From contig CAXXUA010000005.1 of assembly GCA_963663765.2 (NCBI GenBank), forward strand, positions 960,001 through 1,024,000: 64,000 nt of DNA, given 5' to 3'. The notes beneath the pieces are model-generated. The model made no database searches and had not been told where the DNA came from. It was given only the letters and a program-made list of their open reading frames with translations. The stretch comes from Candidatus Poribacteria bacterium (GTDB taxonomy: Bacteria; Poribacteria; WGA-4E; WGA-3G). Below are positions 8,832 to 18,110 of this stretch, one piece after another; the first letter of the stretch is position 1, and each line of letters opens with the position of its first letter. The position numbers and the translations under genes were made by a program.

Positions 8832-10844
8832 CTAAGTTGAATTCAAAGCATCAATATTAATGTTATTGATAAGTTCACATAGTCGTCCCGCTTCTTTTTT
8901 GATTTCTAGAAACTCTTTGTAACTCTGAATAGCATCATTAATAAGTTCATCATATAAAACAACACGAATATCATCATCAGCTAATGTCTTAATTGATCTA
9001 GCGCGTTCTCTTGAATTTGTCCACTCCCTTAAAGTTTGTCCTATAATACAAACAATTTCAATTGGTTCATCTACAATATTAACTTTCGCAAGTTGTTTTT
9101 CCATACCAGTTCTATATTTATGAACTTGTTTTGCTAAATCGTATTGACTGATTATAACACTTGGACGTTTCAACTCAATTATAACGTGTAGTCCAGCCAT
9201 CTTTTTATACCTGATGTCAATTCTTCCATTGCGTTCTTCGGTTGACAACTTCTCATTTATTTGTTCAAAAGCAGTTGTAACTCTTTCTTCTACATGTATT
9301 TTATCATTTACTCGTTCCCATGAAGGATCAAGTAACCAAAATTCTTCAGGTAAAAACTCTTGTATCATTTTTTCAATAACGTTGTCATCAACCATTTGTT
9401 TGAAAGCTTCAATCACCGTTAGTCTATCGTTAATTGTTTGATAGTAACGTGCTGCTTCATATTCATCTAAATCTTTGAAAATCATAGCAACCTCACCAAT
9501 ATTTTCAGGTGTCAAGTTATCAAGGAATGAAAGCCGTTCTTTATGCATTAGATTTTCAAATGCTAAGACGCAGTACTTATACAAATCAATCCGTTGGACA
9601 TCATCCAATTCAAGTTGACCTATCTTGCCCAACAGAACGTTTGCATGTTTTTTCCTATCACCTTTCAAGTTATCTAACCATTTGGCAATTGCAGGTATCT
9701 TTCTTGCGTCAATTACACCTTTTTTCTTTTGTCGTTCTAACCACTGCTTTTCAATAATTTTTAATGTGTCATTAACCCATTTGCGAAGAGCTCTATAACG
9801 TGGGTCATCCTTGATAATTTCTTGACGGTTGCTTGTGGCAATATCACGTTTATCATTCTGGTCAAGAAAATCTGCGTGGATCTCACCAATTAGGTATTTC
9901 GTATAAAGACCACCTTCCCTAAAGTCTTCAAGAATATCTTCTTGTGCCAGTTTTCCACGAACCATAATGACAATTTTATTAAGATTTTCTTCTCCATCTT
10001 TGTCTGTAAGATCCCCGGATTTCTGCACAGTTCCAATCCATCCTGTAACTTTTTCCGTTTCCTTTACTTTTCCACCTTCACCGAGTACCTCAACTTTGTC
10101 ATCTACTTTTTCTGCGAATTGGGGATCTTCCAATTCACAGTAATCAACAAATTTCTTGCTATCTTCTCCAAAGTGCCATATATACCGCATTTTATGAAAA
10201 TAATCTCTATCTGTGATCTGTATCGGTTTACCGTTTATCTTAACTGTAAAATTATATTCCTCACCAATAATACTAAATCTCCGTGCTATACGCTTACGCA
10301 AATAGGTTTCAAGATTTGAAATACGTTTCTTTAAATCTGTTAATACAATTTTTGTACCTTTGTTGTCCAAAGTTATATCAGCATCATATAAAGATTCTGG
10401 ATAGTAAGGCTTATTCTCTTTTTTCTTATTATTCTGTTTTGTCAGTATTTCAATATCCTTGGCAGACATCCGAAATCCGCACTTATTTCCTGATTTCATG
10501 GTATGTATTTCTATAGTATCTGCAATAGAGAAAAGCGAGAGTTTACCTATACCTTTCCTGCCCATTACTGGACGTCCGTGTATAATGGTTTTCTTAGAAT
10601 CATCACGCTTCTTGTATCCAACATTGAGATACTTTTTATTAATATCCTCTTCATCCATGCCATGACCGTCGTCTGTGATGATAATTGACTTATCTTCAAT
10701 CTCAATGTTAACTGCTGAGGCATCTGCATCCCAAGAATTAGCTACAACTTCGGACAGGACAGCGGGAACATTACTGTAAAGGTTTATACCGAGGTGATTC
10801 AAGACATTAAGAGTAATACTCATCTCATACTTATGTTCACTCAT
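8832..10844 (-). CDS. GHKL/MORC ATPase fused to PD-(D/E)xK nuclease (HgiDII-like restriction enzyme)
   Basis: EVVANSWDADA, DDGHGM, GRKGIGKLS; C-terminal RIDI...IIELKRP. Confidence 0.85.
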   Translation of the reverse strand: MSEHKYEMSITLNVLNHLGINLYSNVPAVLSEVVANSWDADASAVNIEIEDKSIIITDDGHGMDEEDINKKYLNVGYKKRDDSKKTIIHGRPVMGRKGIGKLSLFSIADTIEIHTMKSGNKCGFRMSAKDIEILTKQNNKKKENKPYYPESLYDADITLDNKGTKIVLTDLKKRISNLETYLRKRIARRFSIIGEEYNFTVKINGKPIQITDRDYFHKMRYIWHFGEDSKKFVDYCELEDPQFAEKVDDKVEVLGEGGKVKETEKVTGWIGTVQKSGDLTDKDGEENLNKIVIMVRGKLAQEDILEDFREGGLYTKYLIGEIHADFLDQNDKRDIATSNRQEIIKDDPRYRALRKWVNDTLKIIEKQWLERQKKKGVIDARKIPAIAKWLDNLKGDRKKHANVLLGKIGQLELDDVQRIDLYKYCVLAFENLMHKERLSFLDNLTPENIGEVAMIFKDLDEYEAARYYQTINDRLTVIEAFKQMVDDNVIEKMIQEFLPEEFWLLDPSWERVNDKIHVEERVTTAFEQINEKLSTEERNGRIDIRYKKMAGLHVIIELKRPSVIISQYDLAKQVHKYRTGMEKQLAKVNIVDEPIEIVCIIGQTLREWTNSRERARSIKTLADDDIRVVLYDELINDAIQSYKEFLEIKKEAGRLCELINNINIDALNST

Positions 10845-11934
10845 GATAATGATCCTTTACGTGATTTTGAATATGATGACCAATAACAGCTGCGAGTTTA
10901 ACAGGAACAGCGTTTCCGATGTGTGTTCCCAATTGGTAAATCTGAACAGGTTTCTCTTTCTCAACGAATTCATAATCATTTGGGAATGTTTGCAAGAGTG
11001 CCGCTTCTCTAACTGAAAGGGCACGATTTTGTTCAGGATGCCCAAAACGACCACTACCATAATTATGAAATTTTGTGGTGATTGTAGGTGAAGGTTCATC
11101 CCATTTCATACGGCCATAAACGGACTTAAAAGTTTGTCCTGATGCTTTTTTATGGCAGGACGCAAGCAGATGTTCTTCCCAATCATCCCATGTTCCACCT
11201 TGTTTTGATTGTTTAATGCGTTCCAAATTTTTTTCAAAAAGTTTTGGTGTAACATGTAGCCTATCAGTTTCGCATGCTTGTCCAGAAACAATTTCAGGCA
11301 GTTGTCCAATTGTTTCCTTAACAGTAAGATAAGGTTTAAGACCGTTCTGCCCATTTCGTGAATGTGTTTTACGAAGTGGTGCAACTTCTCCCAAGGTAGA
11401 GGCAATAATAACAAGGCGGCGACGTATTTGTGGGATTCCGTAGTTGGGGCAGTATACTACCTCAGGTTCACATTTATAGCCAAGAGATTTTAATTTATTA
11501 AGGAACTCTAAATATATGTTCTGATTTCGTATAGGTGGAACATTTTCAAAGGTAACAAGTTCTGGTTCTACTTCTTCAACCAATCTCCCAAATTCAGACA
11601 GAAGATTCCATTTCTCATCATCTTTGGCAGGTTGTCTTCTATTTTTAGGTACTGATGAAAATGGTTGGCAAGGAGCACATCCAGCGAGCAATTTGACATG
11701 GCCTTCCGGATAGTAATCGTTTAGATCATTGACTGTAATGTCACGAATGTCTTTCTCAATAAACTCAGCTTCGTTATTTTCGTTGTATGCATACATGCAC
11801 GTTGTGTCAACGTCAATTCCAGCAGTTACTTTTATACCTGATTTTTGAAGACCGTAAGTCAGACCACCTACACCACAAAACAGATCTACTGCAGAAATAA
11901 CTATTGACTTTTTTTCTATTGCTAACTTTTTCAT
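10837..11934 (-). CDS. DNA cytosine-5 methyltransferase
   Basis: DLFCGVGG, GCAPCQPFS, ENV, QIRRR, GNAVP; overlaps the next gene by 8 nt. Confidence 0.95.
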   Translation of the reverse strand: MKKLAIEKKSIVISAVDLFCGVGGLTYGLQKSGIKVTAGIDVDTTCMYAYNENNEAEFIEKDIRDITVNDLNDYYPEGHVKLLAGCAPCQPFSSVPKNRRQPAKDDEKWNLLSEFGRLVEEVEPELVTFENVPPIRNQNIYLEFLNKLKSLGYKCEPEVVYCPNYGIPQIRRRLVIIASTLGEVAPLRKTHSRNGQNGLKPYLTVKETIGQLPEIVSGQACETDRLHVTPKLFEKNLERIKQSKQGGTWDDWEEHLLASCHKKASGQTFKSVYGRMKWDEPSPTITTKFHNYGSGRFGHPEQNRALSVREAALLQTFPNDYEFVEKEKPVQIYQLGTHIGNAVPVKLAAVIGHHIQNHVKDHYHE

Positions 11935-12079
11935 AACAAGAACCTTACTTCAAACTAATACATCACCATTTTTTATATTATACAAGGAAACGATTTAGAA
12001 CACAACTTACTTTTGCTTATCTTAAACTACCCTAAACTTTGATATGAAGTGAAGACAATATAACCGTTGTGTAAATACA

Positions 12080-12108
12080 ATATTAACACATCATGTTCGG
12101 TTTGTCAA
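12080..12108 (-). promoter_or_regulatory. sigma70-type promoter of the R-M operon
   Basis: TTGACA-17 nt-TAATAT on the minus strand. Confidence 0.5.
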
Positions 12109-12290
12109 GAAAATATATTGCATCAAGTATTTGGCTTTCTGAATGCAGAATTGCATAGGAAGCGTTTCAAATCTTTCCCATTTGAGGAAATTGAGGAATA
12201 ATCCTTGACTTGCAAATCAAAGAATGCTAAAAAAGAGTGAGTAAAGTTTTTATTGTTTTTAATTTTCTGGCGTAATTTATCATAAACCTT

Positions 12291-14201
12291 CTATTTAATG
12301 CCCCATAGTTTCACAATCCAATCAGCACTCTGACTTACAAGCGTTTTGCCATCTGCAGCGAACGCGACTTCGCGAACCCTATCCCAATGTCCCGAGCACC
12401 TCCGCAGAACCGCACCAGTACGTGCATCTATAATTTCCACAATCCCACTCGTATTACCAGCAGCAAGCCGTTTCCCATCCGGACTGAAAGCAACACACAA
12501 GAAACTTGAACTATACCCACTGAACATTCCCTTTTGTCCACCTGTACGCGTATCCCACAGATAGATTCTGCGCGTGTTATCTACAGCAGCGAGTGTTTCT
12601 CCATCCGGACTGAAGGCAGCACTTAAGACCTTTAAACTATGTCCTTTGAGAACTTTCTGCTGCTCACTTGTATCAGCATCCCATAAACGAACAGTCTTAT
12701 CCTGACTCCAGCTTGCCAATTGTGAACCATCCGGACTAAATACAACATTTCCGACAAGTGCCTCATGTCCAACGAAAACTTTACTCAGTTCACCATTGTC
12801 CACATCCCACAAACGCACAGTGTGATCCTTACAACCGCCAGCAAGTGTTTTGCCATCTGGACTGAAGGCGATACCATATAAACGGGTATCATCCTCTTTT
12901 TTTAGGGATTTCAGTTTCATACCAGTGTCTACATCCCAGAGATGGATAGGATCATCATAATGTGCAGTTGCGAGCTCCTTCCCATCAGGATGAAACGCAA
13001 AGTTACTGACAGAATCTAACTGTAACTGCTCTATTCGAATTGTTTTCTGTAGTGCACCCGATGTTGTGTCCCATAGACAGACATTCTTATCTCTACCCGA
13101 AGTTGCAAATGTTTTTCCATCCGCACTGACGGCAATCCGACCGAATACACCATAATGTTCGGAAAACACACCTTTCTGTTTACCGGAGATAACTTCCCGA
13201 ATACGGATATTCCCATCCTCACCACTACTCGCAATCGTCCGCATATCCGGACTAAAGGCGACAGCACTAACTTTTCCGATATGTCCTTTGAGTGTTTTCC
13301 AATGTTCACCTGTGTTTGCATGCCACATACCAACAGTTCCATCAGAGAAACCGCAGGCTAACAGGCTCCCATCAGGACTTAAGACAACACTTCGAACACT
13401 CGTTAAATTTTCAGCAAATACCTGCTTCTGTTCGCCTGTGTCTGTATCCCATAGCCGTATGCTCCCGTCCCAACTCCCGCTTATGAGTGACTTTCCATCT
13501 TGACTGAAGACGATGCCACGTTTATTAAAAGCTACCTCGTGTCCTTTGAGTGTTTGTTTAACCTCTCTTGTAACCGTATCCCACAGAAAGATTGTGTTGT
13601 CGTGATTCGCACTTGCCAGTATCTTCCCATCCGAACTGTAGGCGAGACCGTAAGCCACAGGCTGATTTCCACCCTCGTTAGTGAGTATATTCTGTCTTAT
13701 GCCAGTGTCCGCATCCCACAAATGGGTATGTAGTTCACCGAAATGGGATACCGCGAGTGTTCCTCCATCCGGACTAAAGGCAATACACCTAACATAGTTC
13801 CCAGTATAAAGTGTCTGCTTATGTTTGAGGGTGTCCGGATCCCAAAAATGTATGACACCTTTTTTATCACCACTGGTGAAGGTGCTGCTATCCGAGTTAA
13901 ACGTTATACAATTAACAGACGTTTTGTGTTTGTTCAGAATACGGATCAGTTGAAAGTTAATTACATCATATATACAAATACCTATAGTAGTTGCGACAAT
14001 GAGACGTTTGCCGTCTAAGGTATACTGCATATCGTTGACAAGTCCCTTACCAGGTCGGGCAATAAGAACATTTTCAAATGGAATTAGTGCAGGAGCAAGA
14101 GCAGATCCAGAACCGAAGGTATCACTGAAAACAGTGGATGGATAGAACATTAAAGCGAGATAAAGTGTCAGTAAGATTAAGAGATGTCCTTTTCTTATCA
14201 C
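12291..14201 (-). CDS. Secreted WD40-repeat protein
   Basis: Signal peptide, ARPGKG motif, about 13 WD40 repeats. Confidence 0.9.
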   Translation of the reverse strand: MIRKGHLLILLTLYLALMFYPSTVFSDTFGSGSALAPALIPFENVLIARPGKGLVNDMQYTLDGKRLIVATTIGICIYDVINFQLIRILNKHKTSVNCITFNSDSSTFTSGDKKGVIHFWDPDTLKHKQTLYTGNYVRCIAFSPDGGTLAVSHFGELHTHLWDADTGIRQNILTNEGGNQPVAYGLAYSSDGKILASANHDNTIFLWDTVTREVKQTLKGHEVAFNKRGIVFSQDGKSLISGSWDGSIRLWDTDTGEQKQVFAENLTSVRSVVLSPDGSLLACGFSDGTVGMWHANTGEHWKTLKGHIGKVSAVAFSPDMRTIASSGEDGNIRIREVISGKQKGVFSEHYGVFGRIAVSADGKTFATSGRDKNVCLWDTTSGALQKTIRIEQLQLDSVSNFAFHPDGKELATAHYDDPIHLWDVDTGMKLKSLKKEDDTRLYGIAFSPDGKTLAGGCKDHTVRLWDVDNGELSKVFVGHEALVGNVVFSPDGSQLASWSQDKTVRLWDADTSEQQKVLKGHSLKVLSAAFSPDGETLAAVDNTRRIYLWDTRTGGQKGMFSGYSSSFLCVAFSPDGKRLAAGNTSGIVEIIDARTGAVLRRCSGHWDRVREVAFAADGKTLVSQSADWIVKLWGIK

Positions 14202-14305
14202 GGTTGTGTCTCCTGAATTTGGATTGTGAGGGTAGGATTTTATCGCAAGACAAGTAAGAATAGTATAACAAATCTATATTGGGTTTTCAATGAGAGTTAG
14301 AATTG

Positions 14306-14547
14306 GACCATGGTTATTCAGTTTTCAATTTATTGTGTAAATTCTATCACATTCGTTAATCCTTGAGTTAGTTAATTTTTATGGAGTTAACTCTTTCTTT
14401 GACTGAACCAGGATTTTCAGGATTACCAGATTAGCAGGATTTACCTCGTCAAGGGTTTTTGATATGCGTTTATGCTCTCTTTTGGAATAGGATTTGATGA
14501 GAAAAATCTTGATAATCTACTAATCCTGAAAATCTTGGTTCAAACAA
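14306..14547. repeat. ~240-bp dispersed repeat (copy 1) containing a long palindromic REP-like doublet
   Basis: Closely similar to 37574..37853; internal arms TGAACCAGGATTTTCAGGATTA...TAATCCTGAAAATCTTGGTTCA. Confidence 0.85.
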
Positions 14548-14586
14548 ATGCCAACACTTCTCACAACTCCAGAATGCCAAAATCAC

Positions 14587-14615
14587 TTGACAAAAACACG
14601 ATAACGGGTTAGAAT
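14587..14615 (+). promoter_or_regulatory. sigma70-type promoter
   Basis: TTGACA-17 nt-TAGAAT upstream of the GGAG RBS and ATG 14644. Confidence 0.65.
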
Positions 14616-14643
14616 CCACTAAAAATATTGACTGGAGATAAGA

Positions 14644-15453
14644 ATGAAACTCGCAATATGCAATGAGATGTTTGAAAAATGGAAAATAGAAGATGTATTT
14701 TCTTATGCTGCTGAACTCGGTTACGATGCGGTGGAAATTGCACCATTTACTTTGGCAGACTCGGTTTTGGACATCAGCGAAACAGAACGGACACGCATCC
14801 GTAAAGCAGCGAAAGATACCAATATAGAAATCGCAGGACTGCACTGGCTACTTGTCTCACCCCCTGGACTCTATATCAACCACCCAGATGCAGATATTCG
14901 GAATGAAACACGCGACTATTTACTTGCACTCATTGAACTCTGTGCTGATTTGGACGGTAAGATATTGGTATTTGGATCCCCACAGCAACGCAACGTTATG
15001 GAACCACTCACCTTTGAACAGGCATGGGATTACGCACGGGAGACCTTCACTGCGGGGGCGGAACTTGCTGGTGAAAAAGATGTGATTTTGTGTATGGAAC
15101 CACTGTCAAGTGACCAAACAGACTTTATATCCCACCCCGACCAAGCCGTTGAAATGGTCAACGCAGTCAACCATCCAAATTTTCAGATGATTTTGGATGC
15201 ATGTAGCACAGCGAAAGAGGGGTTAGATATGCCCACGCAGATCCGTAACTGTGCTAAACACCTCGCACATTTCCACTCCAATGACGACAACGGATACCTG
15301 CCCGGATCTGGCAATGTGGACTATCCACCCATCATTGAAGCGTTGAAAGAGATTGATTATAGCGGGTATCTCTCAACAGAGGTATTTGACTTTAAACCCG
15401 ACCCGAAAACGATCGCTAAACAGAGCATTGAGTTTTTGAGACCCCTTATATGA
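14644..15453 (+). CDS. Sugar phosphate isomerase/epimerase (D-psicose/D-tagatose 3-epimerase family)
   Basis: GYDAVEIAPF, MEPL, LDAC, HFHSND, STEVF metal-binding pattern. Confidence 0.85.
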   Translation: MKLAICNEMFEKWKIEDVFSYAAELGYDAVEIAPFTLADSVLDISETERTRIRKAAKDTNIEIAGLHWLLVSPPGLYINHPDADIRNETRDYLLALIELCADLDGKILVFGSPQQRNVMEPLTFEQAWDYARETFTAGAELAGEKDVILCMEPLSSDQTDFISHPDQAVEMVNAVNHPNFQMILDACSTAKEGLDMPTQIRNCAKHLAHFHSNDDNGYLPGSGNVDYPPIIEALKEIDYSGYLSTEVFDFKPDPKTIAKQSIEFLRPLI

Positions 15454-17045
15454 AAACAGAAATCAGAGAATGCTATAACGCATATAGTGCACTGAAATCG
15501 GAGATGGGTCGTTGGCTCAAACAGAGTATGATGCTTGACCCACCCGGACCGAACCAAGGTGGCGAGGATGAGGCGAACTACGCACTTGCATGGTTTCCAC
15601 ACTATCTCATCACAGGTGACACAACCGTCCTCAAACACTTTGATATGCTTAAAAACGCACTTCACGGTTGGGTTGAACGCGATTGTGTGCATGGATATGA
15701 ACCAAAAGCAGAAGCACATCACGGAACAGAACCTTTCCTGCTTTTCCTACCTCGTTATATAGGATTAAAACCTGATGATGCAGAGGCTATCTCCATTCTA
15801 ACCGATGCAGCCGAACATATCGGAAATTGGATCTCCGAAATACCTCCTTGGTATGATTATACACGTGACACCTTTATCGGTTACAATATCGGGACTCGCT
15901 ATGTTGAGAATACCGAAAAAGATGCTTATGAACTTGCGGAGCATTTTCGCTTTATCCACATTGCACTTGCAGCGTATAGCGTTACTGGTGAAGACCGATA
16001 TGTAGAGTGGGGATTGCGTTATGGACGCAAACGAGCTCAACGTATCATCAACGCTCCGAACCCGATGCCACTTCTATGGGATCTCAATGAAAATGGACTT
16101 GATGAGGCAGAAGTCAACGCAAAGAATCTACACCGACTTGTCGCCAGTTCCCACCACATTCCGGGTGATCCGTTAGCTGGAATTGAAAACCTGCTTGCTT
16201 CTGGTGCTATCTATGCTTTAGGCGATCTGTATCTCTTATCTGGAGAAGCAATTTTTCAAGAAGCAGCAAAACGCATTGTTGAACCACTTGTGACATCCCT
16301 CAACGACCCGTATAATGACCCTGCGGCAGCAGCACTCAGTTATTATCGTTGGACTTTTGACGATACCTGCTTTGATACCGACCTGATTGGTGGCTTGCAG
16401 GAACTCCCATCGGCTTCCCCTGAATTACTGGCACTGGTTTTCCCGCAGGAAAATCGTCGTAGGGAACCAGGTGTTGGCAAGAGAGCGGATATGGCATATT
16501 GGGGTGAATGGTCTGATGATGGTTCTGTGAAACCGATACATGAACCTTCAACTGCTACGTTAACGCTTGCTTATCAGCTAACAGGTGACGTTGCTTATGC
16601 TGTAAGAGCATTGCGGAATGCGTCTACACGACTGAAGATCGCACGACGTGTGTTGCGTGGTGGTCGTGAACATGCAGATATGGGTGGAGCGGTCTGTTCG
16701 GTTGCTGCAGGACACGGACGCAATTGGGGACAAGGTGCGGTCACCGCTTGCTACGGTCCGTTACTCCTTGGCACACGGGAAATATTGGGTAAAGTTTCAA
16801 CGCTTATCAATATCAAAAATGAAAACGGCAACAGACAGATACCGTCAACACTTCTCTCTTTAGTCCGACCTATAGTTGGCTCTGAAAACACAGCAGAAGT
16901 GGTCTTCTACAATAGTGGTGGTTCAGCGATCACATTCTCTTGGCAGCCACAAGACTACACCAATCTGTCAGACACCCAAGTTGAAGATATGCATTGGCAC
17001 GAGGAGTGTTTGGAAGCAAGCCAAATTCAGAAACGAATTTTGTAA
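15450..17045 (+). CDS. Hypothetical protein, possible (alpha/alpha)-barrel carbohydrate-active enzyme
   Basis: 531-aa ORF coupled by ATGA to the epimerase; repeated 'Y..TGD/E..Y' helix caps. Confidence 0.55.
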   Translation: MKTEIRECYNAYSALKSEMGRWLKQSMMLDPPGPNQGGEDEANYALAWFPHYLITGDTTVLKHFDMLKNALHGWVERDCVHGYEPKAEAHHGTEPFLLFLPRYIGLKPDDAEAISILTDAAEHIGNWISEIPPWYDYTRDTFIGYNIGTRYVENTEKDAYELAEHFRFIHIALAAYSVTGEDRYVEWGLRYGRKRAQRIINAPNPMPLLWDLNENGLDEAEVNAKNLHRLVASSHHIPGDPLAGIENLLASGAIYALGDLYLLSGEAIFQEAAKRIVEPLVTSLNDPYNDPAAAALSYYRWTFDDTCFDTDLIGGLQELPSASPELLALVFPQENRRREPGVGKRADMAYWGEWSDDGSVKPIHEPSTATLTLAYQLTGDVAYAVRALRNASTRLKIARRVLRGGREHADMGGAVCSVAAGHGRNWGQGAVTACYGPLLLGTREILGKVSTLINIKNENGNRQIPSTLLSLVRPIVGSENTAEVVFYNSGGSAITFSWQPQDYTNLSDTQVEDMHWHEECLEASQIQKRIL

Positions 17046-17068
17046 GTAAGATTTTCTTTTTTGTGTTC

Positions 17069-17875
17069 CTATGAATTAGTAAAGTTCTTTGCAACGAGTA
17101 CCAAGTCAAGGATATTCACAGTTCCATCGTTGTTCACATCCCCCTCTCCATCCACCTGACCGAAACGGGCAGCTACATAAACAAGGTCGCTGATGTTCAC
17201 AACACCATCATCAGTTACATCGTAGAGTAGATTAGAACTGACCAACTCATAGACGATATCTTGAGTATTCACAAACTTAACAGGACCGAAATTCGGTGCG
17301 AGCCATTGATAAGAAGTTGAACGGGTGATTGATAAAGTTGAGACAGTTCTAGTCTCGATTCGGACTTTTACGCAATTCTCAAATGTTCCTGCTGGGGTTA
17401 CAACATCCTCTATCACTACAACTTCGTTCGTACTTGTGAAGGTGATGGGTCCGACTAATATCACCTCTGATTCAGCCGTAAGTTCCCATGTGTCTCCAAG
17501 CTTGAGTGTTGCGGGATAAAAAAGACCGGGGGGATATAAAATAGCCGTTGCCTCGCCGAATGTCTCATCAAGTTCCACCACCAGTTTATAAAGTTGTATG
17601 CCTTCTTCGTCAAAATCCACATATAAAAACTGGGACGAGGTAACATCTGTTCCCAAGGTTTCATTTGTGATTTTGAGTAATGTTAGATTAATATCGTTAA
17701 TGACTTCATCAGATACTTCAACAGTATAAATGATGTGTTCAGCTTTATCCTTACTTTCCAATATCCATGAATTGCCGATACTTGTCGGATAATAAGTCTG
17801 TGATACTGCTGGAATGCTGAGAATAAAGGTTAGTAATGATGCGAAAAGAATCGTCAAAGTCGTATTTTTTGACAT
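17069..17875 (-). CDS. Secreted beta-rich (DUF3108/TapB-like) domain plus dockerin
   Basis: YYPTSIGNSW...TPAGTFENCVKV...WLAPNFGPVK; DVTDDGVVNISD / DVNNDGTVNILD. Confidence 0.75.
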   Translation of the reverse strand: MSKNTTLTILFASLLTFILSIPAVSQTYYPTSIGNSWILESKDKAEHIIYTVEVSDEVINDINLTLLKITNETLGTDVTSSQFLYVDFDEEGIQLYKLVVELDETFGEATAILYPPGLFYPATLKLGDTWELTAESEVILVGPITFTSTNEVVVIEDVVTPAGTFENCVKVRIETRTVSTLSITRSTSYQWLAPNFGPVKFVNTQDIVYELVSSNLLYDVTDDGVVNISDLVYVAARFGQVDGEGDVNNDGTVNILDLVLVAKNFTNS

Positions 17876-17962
17876 CAAATATTCCTTGTAAAAAGAACTG
17901 TGGGAAGGCAAAAACGCTAAGTAGTATCGTAGGCGTAGGTTGGGTTATGTGTTCAATATACC

Positions 17963-18062
17963 TATTGGTGTCAACTTAAGAAAAAATTGTTTGCATTTTC
18001 TCTTGTGGGAAGGGTTGAAAACCCCTCCCACAAGAGGTAAAATCCTTAAGTTGACACCTATA
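17963..18062. mobile_element. 100-bp MITE inserted in a REP, with a 20-bp target duplication
   Basis: TIR TATWGGTGTCAACTTAAG; flanks GGTTATGTGTTCAATATACC (17943-17962) and GGTTATGCGTTCAATATACC (18063-18082). Confidence 0.8.
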
Positions 18063-18110
18063 GGTTATGCGTTCAATATACCCAACCTACACCTATGAGT
18101 AACTACGAAA

